Sequence record: MT774383.1
DNA: 40,000 nt
Strand: one strand, 5' to 3'
Source of the DNA: an uncultured phage cr11_1
Made by a program: the position numbers and the translations under genes. The notes under the pieces are model-generated. The model had not been told where the DNA came from. It did not search any database and saw only the letters and a list, made by a program, of their open reading frames with translations. Shown here piece after piece: positions 8,013-17,034 of the stretch. How positions within the stretch are numbered: position 1 is the stretch's first letter; each line of letters begins with the position of its first letter.

Positions 8013-11000
8013 TATCCGTGTTCCTATTGATTGGGTTTGTTCTTATCGACAAATCCAATTTTTGCTTGTTGAATATGGTGTTAGTGCTATACAAGGTTGT
8101 GATAACGTTTGTGCTCCTAAAAACAAATCTATTATTCAGCTTTGGAATTTATTTAAAAATGCTGCTTTCCTCTATGAAAAAGGATATACAGATAAAGCTA
8201 ACACTATATATGAGTTTGTTAAAAGAGCTTTAACTAAATATGAAAATGTAGATGTAGGTAATTCTGAAATTCATGTTGAAGATGCCATAGTTACTATCAA
8301 ATGTATTGGTAATGATTATGAATTTGATGATATTAAAGAAGTATATACTTTTGAAATTAATGATGAAGAGCAATTAAATATTCAAGATAATGGTCTTGGA
8401 CAAACTATTGCATTCAACGTTATTTCTAAGAAAACTATTTCTATTGGAAGCAAAGTAGAAGAATTGTTTATTGATTATAATTTTGCTCTTGATAATGTTT
8501 CTGATTATAGTTGGATTATTTGGAATAAAAGTAATCATTCTATTACTATTAAAGAAAATAAAGTTTCCGTTCGTACTGCTAAATTTAGACTTATTCAAAA
8601 TGAAAGCAATAATGTTCTAAATGGAGTTATCAATCAAGAACTTAGTAAACTTACTTATAGATATACTATTACTATATTTCCCGAAAGAATCGAACTTCCA
8701 TCAGAGGGGGGTCGTGAAACTTTTGTTGTTAATAGTTATAAAGAACTTACTAATGAAAGTGGTGAAGTTATAGGCGATAAAATTCTTGTTCCTTATAAAG
8801 CAACTTCTTCAAATAAATATTTTGTTGTTAATGGTAATTCTGTTTCTGCCGAAGCCAATACTTCGTTTCCTCGTTCCGGTTCTATAATTATTGAACGTGA
8901 AGAAGTTGGTGTTGAGGGTAATAAGAAAATTGAAGTTAGTCAAGATAGTCTTAATAAAGAAATTCGTTATACTCTTAATGCCAATGTAGATAGAAATATT
9001 ATTGATGTTAATGGTACTAATCCTGTAAAACTAACAGTAGAAAGTTACAAAGAAACTTATGTTAATGGCGAAGCTCAAGGAGATAAAGTTGCTGTTAATT
9101 ATACTGTTCGTTCTGAAAAAGGTCTTTTAAAGAATAATACTTCTGATAAGACTAAATGGTATATGTCTGCTAATACAAGTACCGAAATTAGAACCGACAA
9201 TATTATTGTTACTCAAACTGAAAGTAATAAACAGGAAACTATTGCTATTAAACAAGATGCTGCTGAAGAAACTTTTGAATATACATTTAGTTGCGACCAG
9301 GAAGTTATTAACGCTCCTAATTCTGGAACTTCTATTATTCTTAATATTCAAAGTTTTAAACAATATTATATTAATGGTAAACCATCTAATAAAGAAAGTG
9401 TTGCTTATACAGGAGAAGTTACCAATGGTAGCGATTTTATAACTATTACTCCGTCTTTGCCTAATAGTATTACTATTAATAAAAATGATAACGAAGAAGA
9501 ACGTACTGGTCGAATACGTTATACACAAAACGAAGTTAACGGTAAAGATTTAGTAGTTAATATTACTCAAGTTGGCGCTTCTATTCAATATGATTATTTC
9601 TTTGAAACTGATGATAGCAATGAAATTACTCTTACCCAATACGCAAATGCTAACAAAGATATTGTTATCAGAAGTTATAAAAAGAAGAAAGTTAATGGTC
9701 AATATAAGGGCGGAAATATTAATGTTAATTTTGATTTAACTACTGCTTTAAGTGGAGAAATTGCTAATTTAGTTTCTGTTAATGCAAGCAGTCAAGATAG
9801 TAAGATTTATATTCGTAGTAATTTAAATACTACAAATAATAGATATACTGGAAATATTGTTGTTACTCAATCAGAAAGTGCTGATGGTATCGGTAAGACT
9901 TTATTGTTTACTATTATAAAAGAAGCAAGCAAAGTTGAGTATCAATATAGACTTGAAGTTAGACCTGAATCTATTAAGTGTGATGCTTACGCTCCTAAAG
10001 GTTACGATTTTGAAGTTCTTAAAAGTGATAGATTAACTTATATTAATGATGAACTTTATAGAACCGATGAAAATCTTCATTGGCAAGCAAGTGCAGATGT
10101 AGATTGGATTAAGACTGGAGGTCAAGATGTTACTCATTTTAATGTTGACGAAAATACTGATGAATTATATGTTCGCAATGGAAATATTACTGTTCATATT
10201 ATAGATGATGACGGAAATACTGCTAATAAGAAAATTGCTGTTAGCCAAAAGGATTCTGAATCTCATGATGAATATATAATGTATGTGACTGGCGATTTTT
10301 ATCTTTTTAGAAATAAAAGAGAAATAACCAATCCTTATACACTTAAACATGAGTATTATAGAAATGGTAGAAAAGTTAATAGTGTAGATGAAACTCAACA
10401 ATATAGAGGTAAGAACCTTTCTGCTAATAGAGAATGTAGTCAACCATATTGTGAATACTTTTATGGTACTTCTAATAGTTATGAATTTACTATAACAATT
10501 ATATATGATTATAATCCTCCTATTGGAACTGATACTTATGCTTTTATTAATTATCGTACTATGGATGGTAGATATGAAAATGCTATTTCTTGTACTTTCC
10601 ACATGAACGATACCGATAGTGTAATATTTTTACGTTATTACGATAGCGGTTATGATACTAATATTTATGATTATTTTTATCATTATATTCCTGATAATCT
10701 TAAATGCCTTTATGCTGATTTATTAAAAGTATTTATTGCTTCTCATAATGATAGTAACAAACTTCGTAAAGCTATATTCAATATTAATTTATTTCAATCT
10801 CTAATTGCTGCTCATTTCTTTAAGATGCAAAAGAAATACGAGTTGTTCTTAAAAATGATTGTTAGTTATCTTAATAATTGGTTTAAGGATAATGACATTT
10901 CTTATGAATATCATATTGGAGAAATAGAAGAAGATGGTCATGTTTATATGGATGTTCTTCCTTGTCAAAAACAAGCTGATGTTAAGTTAGAACTTAACCC

Positions 11001-11109
11001 TATAACTGGACATTTGCATGAGATTGATAATTCTGATAATACTGAAAATATTGAATTTGAAATTGAAGATTCTCATTTAATGTTAACTAAATATGGATAT
11101 ACAAAATAA
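7990..11109 (+). CDS. Multi-domain BACON-like/Ig-like virion protein
   Basis: 1039 aa with a repeated beta-sandwich pattern: 'RYTxxxxPExIxxPSEGG.xxFVVxSYK...V.Y...G......IxVTQxEsNxxxxIxIxQ'. About 5-6 units resemble BACON domains known from crAss-like phages. Confidence 0.7.
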   Translation: MEDTVLNNIRVPIDWVCSYRQIQFLLVEYGVSAIQGCDNVCAPKNKSIIQLWNLFKNAAFLYEKGYTDKANTIYEFVKRALTKYENVDVGNSEIHVEDAIVTIKCIGNDYEFDDIKEVYTFEINDEEQLNIQDNGLGQTIAFNVISKKTISIGSKVEELFIDYNFALDNVSDYSWIIWNKSNHSITIKENKVSVRTAKFRLIQNESNNVLNGVINQELSKLTYRYTITIFPERIELPSEGGRETFVVNSYKELTNESGEVIGDKILVPYKATSSNKYFVVNGNSVSAEANTSFPRSGSIIIEREEVGVEGNKKIEVSQDSLNKEIRYTLNANVDRNIIDVNGTNPVKLTVESYKETYVNGEAQGDKVAVNYTVRSEKGLLKNNTSDKTKWYMSANTSTEIRTDNIIVTQTESNKQETIAIKQDAAEETFEYTFSCDQEVINAPNSGTSIILNIQSFKQYYINGKPSNKESVAYTGEVTNGSDFITITPSLPNSITINKNDNEEERTGRIRYTQNEVNGKDLVVNITQVGASIQYDYFFETDDSNEITLTQYANANKDIVIRSYKKKKVNGQYKGGNINVNFDLTTALSGEIANLVSVNASSQDSKIYIRSNLNTTNNRYTGNIVVTQSESADGIGKTLLFTIIKEASKVEYQYRLEVRPESIKCDAYAPKGYDFEVLKSDRLTYINDELYRTDENLHWQASADVDWIKTGGQDVTHFNVDENTDELYVRNGNITVHIIDDDGNTANKKIAVSQKDSESHDEYIMYVTGDFYLFRNKREITNPYTLKHEYYRNGRKVNSVDETQQYRGKNLSANRECSQPYCEYFYGTSNSYEFTITIIYDYNPPIGTDTYAFINYRTMDGRYENAISCTFHMNDTDSVIFLRYYDSGYDTNIYDYFYHYIPDNLKCLYADLLKVFIASHNDSNKLRKAIFNINLFQSLIAAHFFKMQKKYELFLKMIVSYLNNWFKDNDISYEYHIGEIEEDGHVYMDVLPCQKQADVKLELNPITGHLHEIDNSDNTENIEFEIEDSHLMLTKYGYTK
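8699..8714 (+). repeat. Degenerate GC-rich motif copy: CATCAGAGGGGGGTCG
   Basis: Keeps GGGGGGTC but the left half diverges. Confidence 0.4.
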
Positions 11110-11566
11110 AGATTTAGGAAAGGCTATCATTACTGTTGCTGAAAATAATGTATATAATAGTCAAAAAGCTTATGAATGTCTTACGCTTGTTAAACATAAC
11201 GGTCATGTTTATCTTAGCAAGCAAGATGTTCCTGTTAATACACCCCCTACAGGGGAACTTAATGATGGATATTGGCTTGACTATGAAGTTAAAGCTTATA
11301 GTTCTATCATTGGTATTGCTTTTACTCGTGCTGAAAATAAACCTGCTGCCCCAACAGGCGGTTCTTATTCAAATCCGCACCCCGTAGAGGATAATTGGAA
11401 AGCTGCTCCTTATGATAGCGATGGTAATCTTTGGTATTCAATTCGTCATTTTAATGAAAATGTAGATATTCAAGATAGAGAATGGAGCGAACCTACATTA
11501 GGCGGTTATGATATTGATTCTCTTGTAGAAATACTTGAAGATAGAATTGGTGTTATAATCGAATAA
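11093..11566 (+). CDS. Tail-fiber-like accessory protein
   Basis: 157 aa with a 'W..APYDSDGNLWYSIRHFNENV..QDREWSEP' motif, typical of phage fibers. Confidence 0.5.
   Translation: MDIQNKDLGKAIITVAENNVYNSQKAYECLTLVKHNGHVYLSKQDVPVNTPPTGELNDGYWLDYEVKAYSSIIGIAFTRAENKPAAPTGGSYSNPHPVEDNWKAAPYDSDGNLWYSIRHFNENVDIQDREWSEPTLGGYDIDSLVEILEDRIGVIIE
11240..11257 (-). repeat. GC-rich dispersed motif copy 4, variant: TTCCCCTGTAGGGGGTGT
   Basis: Reverse complement of ACACCCCCTACAGGGGAA. Confidence 0.6.
11378..11392 (-). repeat. GC-rich dispersed motif copy 5: ATCCTCTACGGGGTG
   Basis: Reverse complement of CACCCCGTAGAGGAT. Confidence 0.8.
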
Positions 11567-11607
11567 AAAATCGTTTTTTTTTTATAGTTTAAATAATTAA
11601 AAACATT

Positions 11608-13971
11608 ATGGAAGATTTATCTAAAATTGTTGAGACTTTGGCTGCTAATAATCAGAAACTTAGAGTAGCTGTTACTAAAACAAGTGCACAAGGCGAAGAA
11701 GCTCAGAAAACTACTCCTAATATGATGAGTTTTAGTAATAATGAAAATAGTATTTGGTTTAATGGTAAATTATATGGTGCTTTATTTTTACATCAAGTTG
11801 ATGGTTTAACTAATGAAAGCACAAACGAAGAAATTATAAAAGTTATAGGTGCTGCTACTGAAGAACGTTTTAAGCACATTCATTCATTTATTCTAAATGG
11901 TGGATTGATTATTGCAAATGATGAATTGGATATGTGCTATTGTATTGCTAATTCTGATAATACCGCAAAAAATATTAGAATTAAATGGTTATCTTATAAA
12001 ACCTCTTTATTATATAGAAGTATTATTTTTACATTAAAAAATAATAGTTGGAGTTGTAATGTTATTAAAAGAGAATTAACTGATGGCTTAACTGCTGATA
12101 TATATAAGTCTGCTCTTGGAACTTCTATTCAGATGCCTAATACTGTTGGCGGTATTGCTGCCGGTACTACTGTTGCAACTCTAAACGGTAAGAAGCAAAA
12201 CGAAATTATTGATATGCTTTTGTTTCCCGAACAGCAACCGCAAGTTGTTGCTCCGTCTGCAACTATTCTTCTTAGTAGCGATTTTATTAACAATGAAATA
12301 ATGGAAGTAGGAATGGCTGCTCCTGTTGCCGGTACTAACATTAAAACAGCGTTCAATCAAGGTTATGGACGTGTTGCTGGTCAACCTGATAAAAAACGTG
12401 CTGGTGCTTTAAATAGCGAAGCAAGTTTTATTTATTACGGTGGACAAGAAAGCAATAAGACTTTACCTACTAAAGTTGTTTTAGGAACTATGCAGTATAA
12501 TTATCATGCTGCGTATGCTCAAGGTGAACAACTTGTAACTTCATGGGGAAATAAAGCTTCTGTTCAACCTAACCCATTGCCTGCGGGTACTGTTAATTCT
12601 GGCGCTGTTTATATTTATGGTACTTATCCTTATTTTGCTAATGGTGCTGATGCTTCAACAAGTAATGGTGATGGAAGTATGCCATCTGCTCCTGTACCTA
12701 ATAATAAACTTAAATTGTATAAGTGGACTGATACTCTAATTGGTGCTAAGTTTGCTTCTGAAGCATCAAGTGGTACTCGTCTTGAATTTAAGTTCCCGTC
12801 TACTAAAAATGTAACTAAAGTAGAATTTTATAATACTGTTTCCGGTAAATGGGAAGTATTTGCTTCCGCTAATTACGCTATTTCTGATGCTGGAAATATT
12901 CAAGTTCAAGGTGTACCTGTTGCTTATAAAAAGCTTACTACACAAGGCGCTATGTCCGGTGCTTTGCAGTTAAGATTTACTGTTGCTAATGTTAGTCGTT
13001 CTGAAAACGATGAACCTGATACTTACAATGGCGAACCTATTACTGATGAAGTATTTAGAATGTTAGCTGCTAATAGCACTACTCTTCCTTTTGTTGAAGA
13101 ATCTATTGCTATGCTTGCTGCTGCCGAACCAAGAACTCGTCCTGTCGGTGTTGCTGCATTTGCTGTTAACTTTGAACCAGGAGGTCAAGCTCCTCTTGAT
13201 GCTCGTACAGTAGTTGGAACAAAAGCTGATTTGATTAATGCTGCTACTTATGCTGCTAAGAACTACTATCAAGGTATGCTTGTTATTGTAAAAGATACTC
13301 AAGAAGTTTATGTTCTTAAGGATATAGCTAAAATTACTTCTGCTGATTATAGTGGTTGGAAACGAGTTGACGGTGGCGGTGTTACTCAAACAGTTGTTGA
13401 AAACGTTTTGACAAGTACGAGTACAACTCATGCTTTGTCTGCCGCACAAGGTAAAATTCTTAACGACAGTAAACTTAACAAGACTGATGTTGTTAATAAT
13501 CTTACTACTGTTGATACAAGTAAAGCTCTTAGTGCTGCACAAGGTAAAGCTTTAAACGATAGAATTGCTTCTATAGGCAATGTTTATAAATATAAAGGAA
13601 CTAAAGCTAATATCAGCGAAGTTATTGCTATTACTAATGCTTTCGTTGGTGATGTTTATAATGTAGAAGCTGAATTTTCAGTTGGTGGTAAAAAATATCC
13701 TGCTGGTACTAATGTCGCTTGTATTAAGAATACTTCTACTACTGAACATACTGAAGCTAACTGGGACCCTCTTGGCGGTACTGTTGATTTATCTGCTTAT
13801 GCTACTAAAGCAGAAATGAATAGCGGTCTTAACAGTAAAATTAATACATCTGCAATCAAGAATGATTTAACTACTGGTGGCGCTACTAATGTTTTATCTG
13901 CCGAACAAGGTAAGATATTAAAACAGATGATTGACCAAGCTACTGCTGATGGTGGTATTGTTATTGAATAA
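11608..13971 (+). CDS. Large fiber protein with LSAAQGKxLND repeats
   Basis: 787 aa. The C-terminus has repeated 'TSTTHALSAAQGKILNDSKLNKTDVVNNL...TSKALSAAQGKALND'. Confidence 0.6.
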   Translation: MEDLSKIVETLAANNQKLRVAVTKTSAQGEEAQKTTPNMMSFSNNENSIWFNGKLYGALFLHQVDGLTNESTNEEIIKVIGAATEERFKHIHSFILNGGLIIANDELDMCYCIANSDNTAKNIRIKWLSYKTSLLYRSIIFTLKNNSWSCNVIKRELTDGLTADIYKSALGTSIQMPNTVGGIAAGTTVATLNGKKQNEIIDMLLFPEQQPQVVAPSATILLSSDFINNEIMEVGMAAPVAGTNIKTAFNQGYGRVAGQPDKKRAGALNSEASFIYYGGQESNKTLPTKVVLGTMQYNYHAAYAQGEQLVTSWGNKASVQPNPLPAGTVNSGAVYIYGTYPYFANGADASTSNGDGSMPSAPVPNNKLKLYKWTDTLIGAKFASEASSGTRLEFKFPSTKNVTKVEFYNTVSGKWEVFASANYAISDAGNIQVQGVPVAYKKLTTQGAMSGALQLRFTVANVSRSENDEPDTYNGEPITDEVFRMLAANSTTLPFVEESIAMLAAAEPRTRPVGVAAFAVNFEPGGQAPLDARTVVGTKADLINAATYAAKNYYQGMLVIVKDTQEVYVLKDIAKITSADYSGWKRVDGGGVTQTVVENVLTSTSTTHALSAAQGKILNDSKLNKTDVVNNLTTVDTSKALSAAQGKALNDRIASIGNVYKYKGTKANISEVIAITNAFVGDVYNVEAEFSVGGKKYPAGTNVACIKNTSTTEHTEANWDPLGGTVDLSAYATKAEMNSGLNSKINTSAIKNDLTTGGATNVLSAEQGKILKQMIDQATADGGIVIE

Positions 13972-13985
13972 TAAAAATATGAATA

Positions 13986-14020
13986 AAAGCGATAATGGTT
14001 GAATAAATCATTATCGCTTT
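13986..14020 (+). terminator. Perfect 12-bp hairpin between fiber genes
   Basis: AAAGCGATAATG-gttgaataaat-CATTATCGCTTT. Confidence 0.65.
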
Positions 14021-14039
14021 ACTAATTACAGCGAATTAT

Positions 14040-15590
14040 ATGGATATGAATAACGAACTAATTGATGAACGTGCTACTTCTCCTGTTGGACAACCATTTA
14101 GAGTTTGTGCATCTAAAACAGAAGCTGAAGCACTCGAACTTACTAAAACTAATCCTAATATTCTTTATTTTTCTTCCGATACTAATACTATTATATTTAA
14201 TGGTGTTATGCGAACTAATCCTACTCCAGATTTAAGTTCAGTATTGAAGAAAACTGATATTATAGATAATACTTCTACTAATGATAATACAAAAGTTTTA
14301 TCGGCTAAACAAGGCAAGCTTCTCAATGATACTAAGTTAAATAAAACCGATGTTATTGGAAATCTTAGTAACACTGATGATACTAAAGCGTTAGCAGCTT
14401 CTCAAGGAAAAATTCTTAATGATAAGAAAATTGATAAGACTGCAATAGAAAATACTGTTAACAGCAGTGATGTTAATAAGGTTCTTTCTGCTGCAATGGG
14501 AAAGTTTCTTAATGATAATAAAGTTGCTAAGTCTGAAATAGTTGATGATACAAGTACCGATGATGCTACTAAGCCTCTTTCTGCAAGACAAGGTAAATCG
14601 TTACAAGATGAGATAACTGTTCTCGAAAATAATATTCAAGATTTACAAACAAGTATTCCTACTAAAGTTTCTCAACTTGCTAATGATAGCAATTATGTTA
14701 CGACTAATAATGTTTTAACTAAAACTAATACAACTGTATATAATCCTACTGATAATTATCATCCTGCTACTAAAAAATATGTAGATGATAAATTAAATGG
14801 TAGTTCTATAAGTATAGTTGAGTTTGATTATAATTTAGTCAATGCTTTAACAAAAACATCTACTACTGAAGAAGTTAATGCTGCTTTTGCTAATCGTTCT
14901 CAACTAAAAACAAATTCTATTGTAAAACTTATCGGTATAAATGATTCTTCTGATGGTTTTGATGGAAGCAATGGTTATCGTTTATGCCATAAAGTTAGCG
15001 TAAATAGTCCTGATAGTTTTATTATAGAATATTTCTCCGATAGTAACAATAACGAAGTTGTAGAAATAATATTTAGTAGTGATAATGTAGAAGTTAATAG
15101 AATGTCTATTACTCCTACTATTCCAAACGATATTTTGAAATTTAAATATATTGATGTTGCCGATGGTTCTTATTTAACGATAAATAGACAAGTTTCAGGT
15201 AATGATACCGTAGAGTATATAAATAAAATATTTGGTTCTATTGACAATCTTAGTAGAATAATAATGGATATGTGTGAAAATCACACTAAATATTATTTCC
15301 ATTCTTATAATGATAAATATAATAATATTGAACTTGCTAATACTTATGCTTACAATAACACTCAAGAAACGTATGAATTGCAATTTAATATTTCTTATTA
15401 TACTAATAATGGGCCTGTTAGTAAACGCTTTGCTATATTAATTGATACAAGTGATGTTGCTGCTAATTGGTTATATATTGAAGATATTCTTGTTTCCGAT
15501 AATCTTCAAAGAGTTGTTAAACGTACTAAATCTGAATATGATAGTATCGGTGCTAAAGATGCTTCAACGATGTATGGTGTAACTGAATAA
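14040..15590 (+). CDS. Fiber protein with LSAxQGKxLND repeats
   Basis: 516 aa with four repeats in the N-terminal third (KVLSAKQGKLLND, KALAASQGKILND, KVLSAAMGKFLND, KPLSARQGKSLQD). Confidence 0.6.
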   Translation: MDMNNELIDERATSPVGQPFRVCASKTEAEALELTKTNPNILYFSSDTNTIIFNGVMRTNPTPDLSSVLKKTDIIDNTSTNDNTKVLSAKQGKLLNDTKLNKTDVIGNLSNTDDTKALAASQGKILNDKKIDKTAIENTVNSSDVNKVLSAAMGKFLNDNKVAKSEIVDDTSTDDATKPLSARQGKSLQDEITVLENNIQDLQTSIPTKVSQLANDSNYVTTNNVLTKTNTTVYNPTDNYHPATKKYVDDKLNGSSISIVEFDYNLVNALTKTSTTEEVNAAFANRSQLKTNSIVKLIGINDSSDGFDGSNGYRLCHKVSVNSPDSFIIEYFSDSNNNEVVEIIFSSDNVEVNRMSITPTIPNDILKFKYIDVADGSYLTINRQVSGNDTVEYINKIFGSIDNLSRIIMDMCENHTKYYFHSYNDKYNNIELANTYAYNNTQETYELQFNISYYTNNGPVSKRFAILIDTSDVAANWLYIEDILVSDNLQRVVKRTKSEYDSIGAKDASTMYGVTE

Positions 15591-15671
15591 TTATGATAAT
15601 AAAAATAATAGCGTTAATTTTGATAATAGTATTATCGAGATTAATATACTTATTAATGTTTAAAATATAAT

Positions 15672-16160
15672 ATGAATAAAGAAAATAAAATAGCTACTCT
15701 TGCTGTTGATAATGGGGGGGGGCTACGAATTGGAAATTCTGTTGTAACTAATGTTGGTGTTGGAAATAGTATTGTATTTGCTCTTGATGCTTATCCTTGT
15801 GTTAGTAGATATAATCTAAGACAAATTACTAATGAAGAGTTTAAAAATTTAGATTGGACTACTGAAAATATAGCTACTGGATATTTATGGTTATCCAAAT
15901 ATGTAGAAACTTTTAAATATAGAGCTGGGTTTAAACTAAAAGAAACTGATAATGAAACTATTTCTGAATATATAGATGCTCCTATTGATAAACAAATTTC
16001 AAGTGGTATTTTATATGATATTATAATAAATAAAGGAAATTATATATTATTAAGTGGAATGGCTGTTCCTGGGTATATTTTATCATCTGCTTTTATGCCA
16101 TATATGTGGTATGAATATATAATTGACGGAAAAGTTTATAGATTTGAATTATATAAATAA
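15672..16160 (+). CDS. Hypothetical protein with G9 tract near the start
   Basis: 162-aa ORF with an A-rich initiation context. Confidence 0.5.
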   Translation: MNKENKIATLAVDNGGGLRIGNSVVTNVGVGNSIVFALDAYPCVSRYNLRQITNEEFKNLDWTTENIATGYLWLSKYVETFKYRAGFKLKETDNETISEYIDAPIDKQISSGILYDIIINKGNYILLSGMAVPGYILSSAFMPYMWYEYIIDGKVYRFELYK

Positions 16161-16234
16161 CGTTATGCTAAATAAAACATTTTCATTGAAAATAGTTTTG
16201 CTGTTTAAAAATAATAAATATATTTGCTAATCAA

Positions 16235-16344
16235 AATCAAACTATTGATAATGCTAATAAACTTAATAATTAAATTAATAACAGTGGTTATTTATTCGTT
16301 TTCGTTTTAGCATAAGTTTTATTAGCTAAAGCAATAGTTTGATT
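16235..16344. repeat. Long imperfect inverted repeat
   Basis: AATCAAACTATTG (16235-16247) / CAATAGTTTGATT (16332-16344), plus inner GCTAATAAACTTA (16253-16265) / TAAGTTTTATTAGC (16313-16326). Confidence 0.7.
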
Positions 16345-16376
16345 TATTTATTGTCTAACTAAAATTTATAACAATT

Positions 16377-16619
16377 ATGGAACTAAAAAAGTTTTGGAAG
16401 TATTTGGCAATAGGAATGGTTATTGCCGTGGTATTTGGTATTACTCTTAATGTTGGTTGGGAAACTGTTTTTATTAATCTTGTTTTAGGCTTCGGTACTG
16501 CTATTGGTAAAGGTATGCGTAAAGATTATGAAATGAAATATGCTTTTCTTAATTATACTATTCCAATGTTAATTGCCGGTATTATTACTGCTGTTTGTAT
16601 ATCTTTATCTATTGCTTAA
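16377..16619 (+). CDS. Small membrane protein with hydrophobic segments
   Basis: 80 aa, several hydrophobic helices (IGMVIAVVFGITLNV, LNYTIPMLIAGIITAVCISLSIA). Confidence 0.5.
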   Translation: MELKKFWKYLAIGMVIAVVFGITLNVGWETVFINLVLGFGTAIGKGMRKDYEMKYAFLNYTIPMLIAGIITAVCISLSIA

Positions 16620-16620
16620 T

Positions 16621-16950
16621 ATGAATTATTTAGATACTATTATTAATCAAATTCTTAGTAATTTTGATTTTGCATATATGCTTATTGTTAATGTATTATG
16701 TTTTATTCTTATTAAAATTCATGATTATCTTAATGGAGATGGTTGTAAAGTTCCAACATGGAATAAAAGATTATACTTAGTAATAAGCATTGTTGTTATT
16801 GGAGCTATTTATCAAGATGCAGGTGAAATCAAAACTACTGTTCTTGTTAATAGTGCTATTCTTGCTCCAGTATTTTGGAGTTGGATTGCTGCTCCGATAT
16901 TGCATAAATTTGGTATTACATATAAACAGGCAGATGATGCTTTAAAATAG
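16621..16950 (+). CDS. Holin-like membrane protein
   Basis: ATG 16621 (MNYLDTIINQ...), about 109 aa, three predicted hydrophobic helices, following another small membrane protein. The track ORF starts earlier, at 16573. Confidence 0.5.
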   Translation: MNYLDTIINQILSNFDFAYMLIVNVLCFILIKIHDYLNGDGCKVPTWNKRLYLVISIVVIGAIYQDAGEIKTTVLVNSAILAPVFWSWIAAPILHKFGITYKQADDALK

Positions 16951-16959
16951 ACTGTTTAA

Positions 16960-16977
16960 CATCCCCCGTAGAGGATG
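16960..16977 (-). repeat. GC-rich dispersed motif copy 6 (intergenic): CATCCTCTACGGGGGATG
   Basis: Reverse complement of CATCCCCCGTAGAGGATG. Confidence 0.85.
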
Positions 16978-17000
16978 AGACAATGATATAAATCTTTCTC

Positions 17001-17020
17001 ATTCCTTTACGGGGGGGTCT
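17001..17020 (+). repeat. GC-rich dispersed motif copy 7 (intergenic): ATTCCTTTACGGGGGGGTCT
   Basis: Matches the consensus with two changes and G7. Confidence 0.8.
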
Positions 17021-17034
17021 TAATTTCTGAAATA

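Larger units (their letters stand above)
16960..17020. terminator. Strong intergenic hairpin built from two inverted copies of the GC-rich motif
   Basis: CCCCCGTAGAGGATGAGA (16963-16980) pairs with TCTCATTCCTTTACGGGGG (starting 16997): about 18 pairs, one bulge, ~16-nt loop. There is no long T-tract, so the terminator role is uncertain. Confidence 0.5.

Noticed and set aside
11568-11590. T10 tract after the 11093-11566 gene as a phase-variable element
   Set aside because: It lies in an intergenic AT-rich gap with no clear promoter pair around it. It is more likely a simple terminator-type or AT-rich tail and is insufficiently distinctive.
16960-17020. Assigning the motif as a classical intrinsic terminator family
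   Set aside because: Only two hairpin-forming pairs are close-spaced, the poly-T tail is absent, and many copies are single or mid-gene. Other hairpins in the window (1134, 21505, 23356) show normal terminator structure without the motif.
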